DNA of 64,000 nucleotides, taken from an uncultured Lachnospiraceae bacterium. GTDB taxonomy: Bacteria > Bacillota > Clostridia > Christensenellales > UBA1242. Shown here piece after piece: positions 26,024 through 34,436 of this stretch. The position numbers were made by a program, and so were the translations under genes. The notes below the pieces were generated by a model, which was given only the letters and a program-made list of their open reading frames with translations, had not been told where the DNA came from and searched no databases. Position 1 is the stretch's first letter. Each line of letters starts with the position of its first letter. The stretch spans positions 794 through 64,793 of the forward strand of contig CAZZGZ010000002.1 in the NCBI GenBank assembly GCA_964653635.1, read 5' to 3'.

Positions 26024-27832
26024 ATGCAAAAATTTTTTTTCCCTTCGTATAACGGCATTAGATGTTACAATAATGGAGTTATGGCACAAGGTTTTGTTGA
26101 AAACTCACATAACAAAATGTGTTCCTCGAAAACTAAGAATAAAATAATTTTTTTTAATATTCCATTTCTCAGAGGATTACAATTTTTTATGTTTGGGTTA
26201 ATTGCATTTTTTGCTACGCTGTTCAATGTGATGCCAGATAGTAGTGAGAAAAAAACTAAAACAAAAAAATTAAAAAAAATAGATTTTAATTCAAAAAAAA
26301 ATAAAAAAATAAATAAAATAAATAAAAAAAATAAAAAAAATGAAAAAAAAGTCAAAAAAACTTTAAAATTTAAAGAAAATTTAAGTCGGTATTTTATTTC
26401 TTTTATTCTATTTATCACGCTTATATTAGGCGTTTTCTTTTTAGGTTATTTTCCAGCAAAACTCGGATGGTTGTTAATCGGGGTAGAGGGGAGTTTTTTA
26501 CTTCGAAATTTAATAATTGCTATTTTTAAATTATTATTTTATTTTTTAATGCTAGCTATAATTCGAGTTATTCCATTCATGCAAGATTTTTTTAGGTTCA
26601 ATGGGGCATGTAATGAAATCTATTATGGCGGAGACAATATTAAAAAGAACAGCAAACTTGATTATTTTATGCCACTCAATTTTTTAAACTTTGTAATATT
26701 TGTTTTTGGATTAGATATTTTTGTGGTAACATTAATTGGTGCAAATATTAATTTTTTGTTTAACTTTTTAATTAGTTTGGCTGTTTTTATAATAAGTGTT
26801 AGTTTAGGCTATGAGATATTATTCCTTTTGGAGCATTCTAAAAAAAATAAGGTAAAAAATCTTTCACTTATTACAAATTTTTTTATAACAGCAAAACCGA
26901 GATTGACTCATGAAGAGATTGCAGTGGCTAGTTTAATGGAGGCTAATTTATTAAGGACGCAAAAAGGGAGAATGAATATGCAAAAGACAAGTGAAAATAA
27001 ATCCTATTCAAGTATGTACGCAGAAATGAAAACAAAACTATTAAAGGTTCAGGGGGTTGAGATTGCAGATCTTGATTGGATAATTGCTACAATTTTAGGG
27101 AAGAATAGAGCAGAAATAAAGTTGTTGACTGAAGTAACAGAAAAACAATATAATGATATTGCAAAAGCTGTTAATAGGCGGGCAAATCATGAACCTCTTT
27201 CCAGTATTTTTGGTTTTGTTGAGTTTTATGGACTTAAATTTAATGTCAATAAAAAGGTCTTATCGCCACGCATGGAGACTGAAATACTTGTAGAGCAAGC
27301 TTTAACTTGTTGTAAAAATTTTAAAAAACCCACAGTATTAGATTTATGTACAGGTAGTGGAGCGATAGCAGTAGCGATTGCAAAAAATTCAAAAAGTGAA
27401 GTTACAGGCATTGATATTTCTAAAGGGGCATTAGATGTTGCAACAATTAATGCCAAAAATAACGATGTTAAAATTCAATTTTTACAATCAGACTTATTTA
27501 ATAACTTGAAAAAAAGAGCGAAGTATGATATAATAGTTTCAAATCCGCCTTATATCAAGTCAAAAGATATAAAAAAACTTGATGAAGAAGTGAGAAAATA
27601 CGACCCAGAAATAGCGTTAAATGGCGGTGAGGACGGGCTAGATTTTTATCGAAAAATAATATCAGAAAGTCAGAAATATTTGAATAAAAATGGATTTTTA
27701 TTGTTTGAAGTAGGATACGGGCAAGCGGGTGTAGTGAAAAATTTAATGAAAAAGGAAGGTTTTATAGATATCAAGGTTGTCAAAGATTATGGCAAGATAG
27801 AAAGAGTTGTTTATGGAAGATTTATTAAATAA
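26024..27832 (+). CDS. prmC: Fusion protein: DUF1385-like membrane domain + poly-Lys linker + release-factor glutamine N5-methyltransferase PrmC
   Basis: The N-terminal ~300 aa has IPFLRG and multiple TM helices (DUF1385/YqhQ-like). Residues ~75-115 are K/N-rich. The C-terminal ~280 aa has DLCTGSGAIAVAIA and VSNPPYI (HemK/PrmC). It is a single uninterrupted ORF. Confidence 0.8.
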   Translation: MQKFFFPSYNGIRCYNNGVMAQGFVENSHNKMCSSKTKNKIIFFNIPFLRGLQFFMFGLIAFFATLFNVMPDSSEKKTKTKKLKKIDFNSKKNKKINKINKKNKKNEKKVKKTLKFKENLSRYFISFILFITLILGVFFLGYFPAKLGWLLIGVEGSFLLRNLIIAIFKLLFYFLMLAIIRVIPFMQDFFRFNGACNEIYYGGDNIKKNSKLDYFMPLNFLNFVIFVFGLDIFVVTLIGANINFLFNFLISLAVFIISVSLGYEILFLLEHSKKNKVKNLSLITNFFITAKPRLTHEEIAVASLMEANLLRTQKGRMNMQKTSENKSYSSMYAEMKTKLLKVQGVEIADLDWIIATILGKNRAEIKLLTEVTEKQYNDIAKAVNRRANHEPLSSIFGFVEFYGLKFNVNKKVLSPRMETEILVEQALTCCKNFKKPTVLDLCTGSGAIAVAIAKNSKSEVTGIDISKGALDVATINAKNNDVKIQFLQSDLFNNLKKRAKYDIIVSNPPYIKSKDIKKLDEEVRKYDPEIALNGGEDGLDFYRKIISESQKYLNKNGFLLFEVGYGQAGVVKNLMKKEGFIDIKVVKDYGKIERVVYGRFIK

Positions 27833-28898
27833 TATTTTAGAAAAAACACAGAAGATAAAAACACGTTTTAACGAGTTGACAAAGCAGGTTATTGATCCTG
27901 CAATAATAGCAGATAATAACTTATTTAAAAAGTTGGTTAAAGAGCGTGCGGAATTGGAAGATATAGTAATGGCACATGACGAACTTATTAAACTAGTTGA
28001 CGAACTCAAGTCTTGTAAAGTTGAAGAAGAGAATGAGAAAGATGAAAGTTTAAAATTAATGTTTAAAGAAGAAGTAGACACATTGACAAAAAAGATAGAG
28101 CATAAAATTGAGGATATCAAAATTTTGCTACTTCCCAAAGATGAAAATGATGAAAACAATGTTATCATGGAAATACGTGCGGCGGCAGGTGGGGAAGAAA
28201 GTGCACTTTTTTGTCGTGAACTTTACACGATGTACACACGTTACGCAGAAAAAAATAGATATGAAGTTGAACTGACAGATGTATCAGAGACTGAAATCGG
28301 TGGAATCAAAGAGATCACTTTTATGATAAAAGGTAAAAATGCGTACAGCAAACTCAAATTTGAAAGTGGTGTACATAGAGTGCAGAGAGTTCCAGAGACT
28401 GAATCACAAGGACGAATACACACTTCAACCGCTACCGTTGCAGTACTACCCGAAGTTAAGGATGTGGATTTTGAAATAAATGAGAATGATATCAGACTAG
28501 ATAGGTTTCATAGTGGTGGTGCAGGAGGACAAAACGTAAATAAAGTAGAGACTGCGATTAGATTAACTCATTTTCCAACAGGTATAGTTGTCACATGTCA
28601 AGACGAAAGATCTCAACTTAAAAATAAAGAAAAGGCTTATGCTATTTTAAAATCAAAGCTCTACAATTATTATAAACAAATCAGAGATAGTCAGTATGCT
28701 GGTGATAGGAAAAATCAAGTAGGGAGCGGGAATAGAAACGAGAGAATAAGAACATATAATTACCCACAAGGCAGAGTTACAGATCACAGGGTCAATGTGA
28801 CATTATACGACCTTGAAGGGGTATTAGCTGGCAATATTGAGCCATTCATTGAAGCATTGACATTACAGGATAGAGAAAATAAATTAGCCAATTTTTAA
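27813..28898 (+). CDS. prfA: Peptide chain release factor 1
   Basis: RVQRVPETESQGRIHTSTATVAVLPE and SGGAGGQNVNKVETAIRLTH (GGQ). The ATG at 27813 (MEDLLNNILEK) overlaps the prmC 3' end by 20 nt. Confidence 0.93.
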   Translation: MEDLLNNILEKTQKIKTRFNELTKQVIDPAIIADNNLFKKLVKERAELEDIVMAHDELIKLVDELKSCKVEEENEKDESLKLMFKEEVDTLTKKIEHKIEDIKILLLPKDENDENNVIMEIRAAAGGEESALFCRELYTMYTRYAEKNRYEVELTDVSETEIGGIKEITFMIKGKNAYSKLKFESGVHRVQRVPETESQGRIHTSTATVAVLPEVKDVDFEINENDIRLDRFHSGGAGGQNVNKVETAIRLTHFPTGIVVTCQDERSQLKNKEKAYAILKSKLYNYYKQIRDSQYAGDRKNQVGSGNRNERIRTYNYPQGRVTDHRVNVTLYDLEGVLAGNIEPFIEALTLQDRENKLANF

Positions 28899-28910
28899 TA
28901 GGAGGAATTT

Positions 28911-30674
28911 ATGGATGTTAGACTTACTGCCCATGAAATCTTAAACGACCGCATTAAAGAGATGGGGCTTGAGCCTGATGCTGTGGTAGTATTTTCAAAT
29001 AAAGAGGATATTTGTGATTATCAGTCAAATTATGCGTTAATCATGGCAAAAAAAATGGGTAAAAATCCGATTGTTCTTGCAGAAAATATAGTAAAAGGCA
29101 TACGAAGTCAAGATTTTGATTTTGACGCTTTTAATGGTTTTATCAATATAAAAGTAAAAGATCAATTTCTTAGTAGATTTGCTAATGAGGTGTTAAAAGA
29201 TGATAGAGGCGGAGTAAAAAAACATGAAAAAAGTAAAGTTGTGTTTTTTGATTATGGGGGTGCAAATATAGCAAAATCGCTTCATGTGGGGCATCTTAGA
29301 ACACCTATAGTAGGCGAAGCACTTAAAAGGTTACATAATTTTTTAGGCGATAAGACTTATGCTGACACACATCTCGGTGACTATGGGCTTCAAATGGGGC
29401 TTACAATTTTGCAGATGCAACAAGATGGATTTTTAGACGACTTTTTCAGTATAAACGCTGATTATAAAAATATTCCACTTAATATAACGTTAGATGTTTT
29501 AAATGAGGAATATCCAAAAGCAAGCAAGCGTAAAGAGATAGATAAGGAATTTGAAAAACTTGCAGAGGATTACACATTAAAAATTCAACAAAAAATTGAG
29601 CCTTATTGGACAATTTATAAAAAAATACGTGAAATTTCTGTCAAAACCATAGAAAAAAATTATAAAGAGTTAGGATGTAGTTTTGACTTTTGGTATGGTG
29701 AAAGTGATGCTTCTGCCTATGTTGATGATGTTATAAAGATTTTTAAAGATAAGAAACTTGCGAAAGAAAGCGAAGGCGCATTAATTGTTGACGTTGCTGT
29801 GGAGGGTGAAAATATTCCTTTAAAAAGTGTTGAAGGACAAGTTCAAAGATATAAAAATCCTATGCCACCTGTACTACTTAAAAAACATAATGGTGCAGAT
29901 TTATATGCCACAACGGATATTGCTACTATATATCAAAGGAATAGAGACTTTTCATTAGATGAAATTGTTTATATTACAGATAATAGACAAGGCATGCATT
30001 TTACACAAGTTTTTCGTGCAAGCAAATTAGCGGGTATTTCACCAGAAAATCAAAAGCTTTCTCACATCGTTGTGGGGACGATGAATGGCTTAGATGGAAA
30101 ACCATTTAAAACACGTTCGGGGGAAACGGTTAAACTTCAAGATGTTATTGACCTTATAACAAGTAAAGCAAGTGAAAAAATGAAAGCGAATGGACTTGAC
30201 CCTTCACGAGAAGTGGCGTTAAAGATTGGTGTTGGTGCTATGCGTTTTGGCGACCTTATTAACAACGTTTCTAAAAACTATATTTTTGACTTAGATAGAT
30301 TTTTGGCTTTTGAGGGCAAAACGGGGCCATATCTTCAATATACTGTTGCACGTATAAATTCCATATTAGCAAAAACTTCTGTCAAAGGGGATAAAATTTA
30401 TATTAGGACAAAAGAGGAAAGAAAAATAATTTTAGAACTTTTAAAATTGATTTCCTCATATGAGATATGTTATAGTGAGTATTCTCTAAACACTTTAGCA
30501 CTATCTGCATATAATTTTGCAAGTGCATTTTCAAGTTTTTACAACAATATTTCCGTGCTTAAAGAACAAGACAACAAACGAAAGGTAGAACTCGTTGGAA
30601 TGTGTACGCTCGTAAAAAAATGTCTACTTCTAGCTATGAACATCTTAGCAATTGAAGAAGTAGAAAAAATGTAG
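28911..30674 (+). CDS. argS: Arginine--tRNA ligase
   Basis: GGANIAKSLHVGHLRTPIVGEAL (HIGH), ADLYATTDIATI, and the characteristic C-terminal ...EEVEKM. Confidence 0.9.
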   Translation: MDVRLTAHEILNDRIKEMGLEPDAVVVFSNKEDICDYQSNYALIMAKKMGKNPIVLAENIVKGIRSQDFDFDAFNGFINIKVKDQFLSRFANEVLKDDRGGVKKHEKSKVVFFDYGGANIAKSLHVGHLRTPIVGEALKRLHNFLGDKTYADTHLGDYGLQMGLTILQMQQDGFLDDFFSINADYKNIPLNITLDVLNEEYPKASKRKEIDKEFEKLAEDYTLKIQQKIEPYWTIYKKIREISVKTIEKNYKELGCSFDFWYGESDASAYVDDVIKIFKDKKLAKESEGALIVDVAVEGENIPLKSVEGQVQRYKNPMPPVLLKKHNGADLYATTDIATIYQRNRDFSLDEIVYITDNRQGMHFTQVFRASKLAGISPENQKLSHIVVGTMNGLDGKPFKTRSGETVKLQDVIDLITSKASEKMKANGLDPSREVALKIGVGAMRFGDLINNVSKNYIFDLDRFLAFEGKTGPYLQYTVARINSILAKTSVKGDKIYIRTKEERKIILELLKLISSYEICYSEYSLNTLALSAYNFASAFSSFYNNISVLKEQDNKRKVELVGMCTLVKKCLLLAMNILAIEEVEKM

Positions 30675-30741
30675 CATGAAGGCAAATCTTGTCGATTTTT
30701 GCTGAATATTCCATTTATTTAATATTTTTTCTTTAAAGATA

Positions 30742-30770
30742 TTGCAATTTTTTGGAAGATATGCTAGAAT
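30742..30770 (+). promoter_or_regulatory. Promoter of the orphan/lipoprotein cluster
   Basis: TTGCAA(30742-30747), 17-nt spacer, TGcTAGAAT (hexamer 30765-30770). Leadered, with the SD AAAGGTG before ATG 30798. Confidence 0.55.
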
Positions 30771-30797
30771 ATTTAAAACAAAAGAAAGGTGAAAGAT

Positions 30798-31031
30798 ATG
30801 GGAGATGTATTATATAAAGTAATTTTAAATGGTCATGAGTTTTATGTAAAGCTCGTACTTAATGGATCGGTATTTTTAAGCAAGGATATAACTAAGGCGA
30901 TGAATTACCCTAGATTTACTGTAATAGAATATACCATGATTATAAGAAACTTTTATACCAGTCAAGGTATTGCAAGTGTGGTTGTTCAAACCATCCCTTA
31001 TGATCCAAATGTTATGCAAAACGCTGAGTAA
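30798..31031 (+). CDS. Hypothetical 77-aa protein
   Basis: The ORF has an SD. I prefer ATG 30798 (MGDVLYKV) over GTG 30789. No family recognised. Confidence 0.5.
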   Translation: MGDVLYKVILNGHEFYVKLVLNGSVFLSKDITKAMNYPRFTVIEYTMIIRNFYTSQGIASVVVQTIPYDPNVMQNAE

Positions 31032-31043
31032 GGAGGAGGGTAT

Positions 31044-32582
31044 ATGATGTATAAAAATAAGAAAAAGACAAAATTTTTAAAAAGTACTATTGGTGCTTTG
31101 GCAACACTAGCTGCTTCTTTAAGTGTTATGTCTTTTATTTTTTGTGGATGTACTACATCAAAAACGCAAGAAACACCAAGTCAAAATCAAACATCAAATG
31201 ATAATCCGACAAATCAAAATAGTACACCAAACAATAATACGTCAAATTCAAATAGTTCAAAAGTTGAAGAGGTTGTTGTCTTTGATATAGATAGTGCAGT
31301 TGAAAAAGCTGCAATAGACGCAAGGTTAATAAGTGATGAAGTCTTTACATTTTCTGAGGATTCAACTTTAAATAAATTTGAACTTACTGAGCAAGAAGTA
31401 AAAGACAATTATAATGATGGTTCTTTAAGTGTATATTATAATGTTGATGGTGCAAATTCAACTACATTTGATTTTTATTTCGACTCTTTGGAAAACTCTA
31501 AAGTAGCGACTGAATCTGAAAAGACGCAGGTAAAATATGAATATGTGACTAATTATGAAAATGAAAACTATTTGAATTATGTACAAAAAATTACTGAAAA
31601 TTCACAAAAAATTGAAGATTTTGTGAAAAATTGTGCAAAAAATAGTGCAGTTGCCACAGTTGAAGAAAAAATTTCAGCTGAGGATGTCCCATCAAATATG
31701 AATAAAATTTCTATTGTTTATTCTGATGGCAACACTACCTATAATACACTTGAAAAGATGCTATTGGAAAATGGATTTGTGTGGTATGATGATATCAATT
31801 CGTTGTCAATAATATATAATGAAGAGTTTGTATCTGCGGGGCAAACTCGAATAGATGAGTACAAGGCAGAAGTAAAAGCAGAACAGGAAGCCCTTGAAAA
31901 AGAACTTAATTCTTCGGCAACTCAGCAAGAAATCTTTCAGGGATTGCAAGATTTGATGGATCGGTATAGGTATAAAAACAGTTCAAGTCTTTTGGCATCT
32001 TATACTTTTACGCCAATAGCTTTTACGATTATAGATAAGAGAATTCATATTTTCAATAGAGTAATTATTAATTCAGAGAACTATTTGGATGATACTTCTT
32101 TTTCTTTTAACTCAAGCACTTTAAAGTTAAAAAAGGATTTAATTACTCTATCAGAGGTAGATATAGATACTGAACATTTGGAAAATATGTGTTCGATTAA
32201 AATCTCTACAGAAGATTCTAGCGAGAAATCCAATTTAATAAGCGCTGCCAAAGTCATCACGGGGAATAATACAATTAATTTTGCTGCTATGACAAAAGGT
32301 AATAATACTCTGTCTGATTTTGGCAGATCGTATCAGAAAGAGTATGTCATCATTTCAAATAATTACAAAAATATCGAATTTGGCTGGGTGGTTTATCCAC
32401 TAAATTCAAGTGATTATGTCACTAATATCACAAACAACAAGTTTGAAAAGTATGATTATACCACATATACCTTAAATTCGAATGAGGTTAATTTTGTAAA
32501 ATATACTGCTCGTTTAAAAATATTGCCTATGAGCGAAAAGGTAGATATGATTATTGATAGAACGAGAGAAGATTATGTATAA
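31044..32582 (+). CDS. Hypothetical lipoprotein with an N/S/T/Q-rich linker
   Basis: Strong SD (AAGGAGGAGGG). Signal peptide ending SFIFCGC, followed by TQETPSQNQTSNDNPTNQNSTPNNNTSNSNSS. Confidence 0.75.
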   Translation: MMYKNKKKTKFLKSTIGALATLAASLSVMSFIFCGCTTSKTQETPSQNQTSNDNPTNQNSTPNNNTSNSNSSKVEEVVVFDIDSAVEKAAIDARLISDEVFTFSEDSTLNKFELTEQEVKDNYNDGSLSVYYNVDGANSTTFDFYFDSLENSKVATESEKTQVKYEYVTNYENENYLNYVQKITENSQKIEDFVKNCAKNSAVATVEEKISAEDVPSNMNKISIVYSDGNTTYNTLEKMLLENGFVWYDDINSLSIIYNEEFVSAGQTRIDEYKAEVKAEQEALEKELNSSATQQEIFQGLQDLMDRYRYKNSSSLLASYTFTPIAFTIIDKRIHIFNRVIINSENYLDDTSFSFNSSTLKLKKDLITLSEVDIDTEHLENMCSIKISTEDSSEKSNLISAAKVITGNNTINFAAMTKGNNTLSDFGRSYQKEYVIISNNYKNIEFGWVVYPLNSSDYVTNITNNKFEKYDYTTYTLNSNEVNFVKYTARLKILPMSEKVDMIIDRTREDYV

Positions 32583-32599
32583 TCTTCTCTTTTCTTTTT
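32565..32599 (+). terminator. Rho-independent terminator overlapping the stop codon of the 31044 gene
   Basis: Perfect 10-bp stem AGAGAAGATT(32565-32574)/AATCTTCTCT(32581-32590) followed by TTTCTTTTT. Confidence 0.7.
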
Positions 32600-32626
32600 G
32601 TTAATTTTTTTCTTTTATTATATAAT
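32598..32626 (+). promoter_or_regulatory. Promoter of the second lipoprotein gene; leaderless candidate
   Basis: TTGTTA(32598-32603), 17-nt spacer, TATAAT(32621-32626), then ATTAGTA and ATG at 32634. Confidence 0.5.
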
Positions 32627-32633
32627 ATTAGTA

Positions 32634-34247
32634 ATGAAAAGGAATTTATTTTATAGAATCTTAATTTTATTGATAACTTTTGCATGTTCGATTTCACTTT
32701 CGGGCTGTTTTGGTGTTGGAGATGATGACGATGCGACAGCATACTTTGGAATTGAAAGAGTGAAAACACTCTACAGAAAGAGTGACTATGATTTTGTTGG
32801 TGCAGTTGGTGAAAACGGGGACAAGAATTATTTTAATGTTTATGCGTATCACCTTTTAGAGCATTTGTATTCCATATATGGTAATTATAGTGTGAGTGCG
32901 ACAAAAAAACAAGAGAGTTTAGCAGACACTTCATATACTGAAAATTATTACATGTATGACTCTATACGATATAGTGTGACTAGCAATACCACGAATGGTG
33001 CTGTGGCAAGTACAGGCTATGCGTGGAATTTTAGGATTGAGTGGAATGCTAGCGAATATCAAAGTTATTTTGGAAGTTATAATGCTCTGCAGATAGACCA
33101 ATCCAATTTTAATTCGAGCTATGTTATACGTTACTATGATAGTTTAGATTATTTATCAGTCTTTGCGGGAGAAATAAATGAAGATGGATATTTTGAAGGG
33201 GCTTTAGTTGAAAGTCTTGAATATAGCATATATAAAATAGTATTAGGTTATAGCCTTAGTGAAATTGCAAGTGAGATTTCTTTCACCTTTAATAATGGAT
33301 TGCCAAGTGCAACTATTACGGGCAAGACGGTTGGGGAGGCGTTGAGTGATATCAAAGAGCAATATGATATCAGTGCGACATATGTTGGGTTGACGGAAAG
33401 TGACCAAGAAAAAATAAGTGAATTTATTTTAAATTATGTTATTGGTGAAAAGGCATTAAGTGTCAGCTACTACAATAGTAATGGGGTTAGTGTCAATCGG
33501 GATTATGAAAAGGTAGTGCCTAAAATTGTGCAACTGGTTTGTGAGCTTGCAAGTATAGGAGAGGAGGAGAGCGATTCTCTTTGGTTGTACAATCCATATA
33601 TAGCCTCTTATACAAAAGATTATCTCGGGGATTCAATGTCCATAACACTTTTAGATAATGATGCGTTTTCTTACATAGAAGCACATGAATACCAAAGTGC
33701 CATAATTTCCGCTTGCGAACAGGAGCAAAGGGACTTGAAAGAGCTAAGGCTTGCTTTTCAGTACAAGAATTATAATAACGTTACAAACTTCCTTTCAAGT
33801 CTAAGAATGACTGTAAGGCTTTTATACCATGCAAATGGAGAAGTTAGCCAATTAGCAGAAAAGGAAATAACTATTGATGCAGGAGACTACCAAATTATGG
33901 ATGGAGGTGGAGAAATCTGTTTTGTTAGAAGTGATGTTGCAAGTGGGGAATATGGTTCGTACTATAATTCTGAAGATGTTGTGAAGTTTGATAATAACGT
34001 GCAGATTAACACACTCTCAGCTGAGGAGGATTTTTTGGCACAAGAAGAGAGACAAGTTACAGGTATAACAAGTCTTAGAAAGTATTATAATATGGTCAAG
34101 TCAGTTTATGGTTCTAATTACTATGGAGTTTCAAATTCAGAACAAATACAAACTTCGTATCTTGAAGTTGTTTTTGATATAGATAAATCGGCAGGGCGGG
34201 ACTACTGTTATGATTTCCAATTTGGCATGCTCTTTATTAACGACTGA
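32634..34247 (+). CDS. Hypothetical lipoprotein
   Basis: MKRNLFYRILILLITFACSISLSGC has a canonical lipobox (LSGC). I prefer the start at 32634 over the TTG at 32598. Confidence 0.75.
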   Translation: MKRNLFYRILILLITFACSISLSGCFGVGDDDDATAYFGIERVKTLYRKSDYDFVGAVGENGDKNYFNVYAYHLLEHLYSIYGNYSVSATKKQESLADTSYTENYYMYDSIRYSVTSNTTNGAVASTGYAWNFRIEWNASEYQSYFGSYNALQIDQSNFNSSYVIRYYDSLDYLSVFAGEINEDGYFEGALVESLEYSIYKIVLGYSLSEIASEISFTFNNGLPSATITGKTVGEALSDIKEQYDISATYVGLTESDQEKISEFILNYVIGEKALSVSYYNSNGVSVNRDYEKVVPKIVQLVCELASIGEEESDSLWLYNPYIASYTKDYLGDSMSITLLDNDAFSYIEAHEYQSAIISACEQEQRDLKELRLAFQYKNYNNVTNFLSSLRMTVRLLYHANGEVSQLAEKEITIDAGDYQIMDGGGEICFVRSDVASGEYGSYYNSEDVVKFDNNVQINTLSAEEDFLAQEERQVTGITSLRKYYNMVKSVYGSNYYGVSNSEQIQTSYLEVVFDIDKSAGRDYCYDFQFGMLFIND

Positions 34248-34368
34248 CAAAATTTAGAATTGTAATCGTAGATTATAAGAAAAAATAAGAATATTTTTGT
34301 TTTATAGAGAAATGTTATCAAGTATGATTGAAAAGTGAATAAAAAATTTTAAATTACAAAAAGTTAAA

Positions 34369-34399
34369 AATAGGAAGAAACTAATCTTCTCTTCCTATT
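34369..34399. terminator. Bidirectional terminator between convergent genes
   Basis: AATAGGAAGA(34369-34378)/TCTTCCTATT(34390-34399), flanked by A-runs and T-runs on both sides. Confidence 0.6.
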
Positions 34400-34436
34400 T
34401 GGTTTTATTTTGAAAATTGATAATTGATTTTATGTG

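Noticed and set aside
26248-26370. The A-rich tract as evidence that DUF1385 and prmC are separate genes or a pseudogene
   Set aside because: The reading frame stays open through the tract and both flanking domains are intact and in frame. It is treated as a real fusion, with a caveat about homopolymer sequencing errors.
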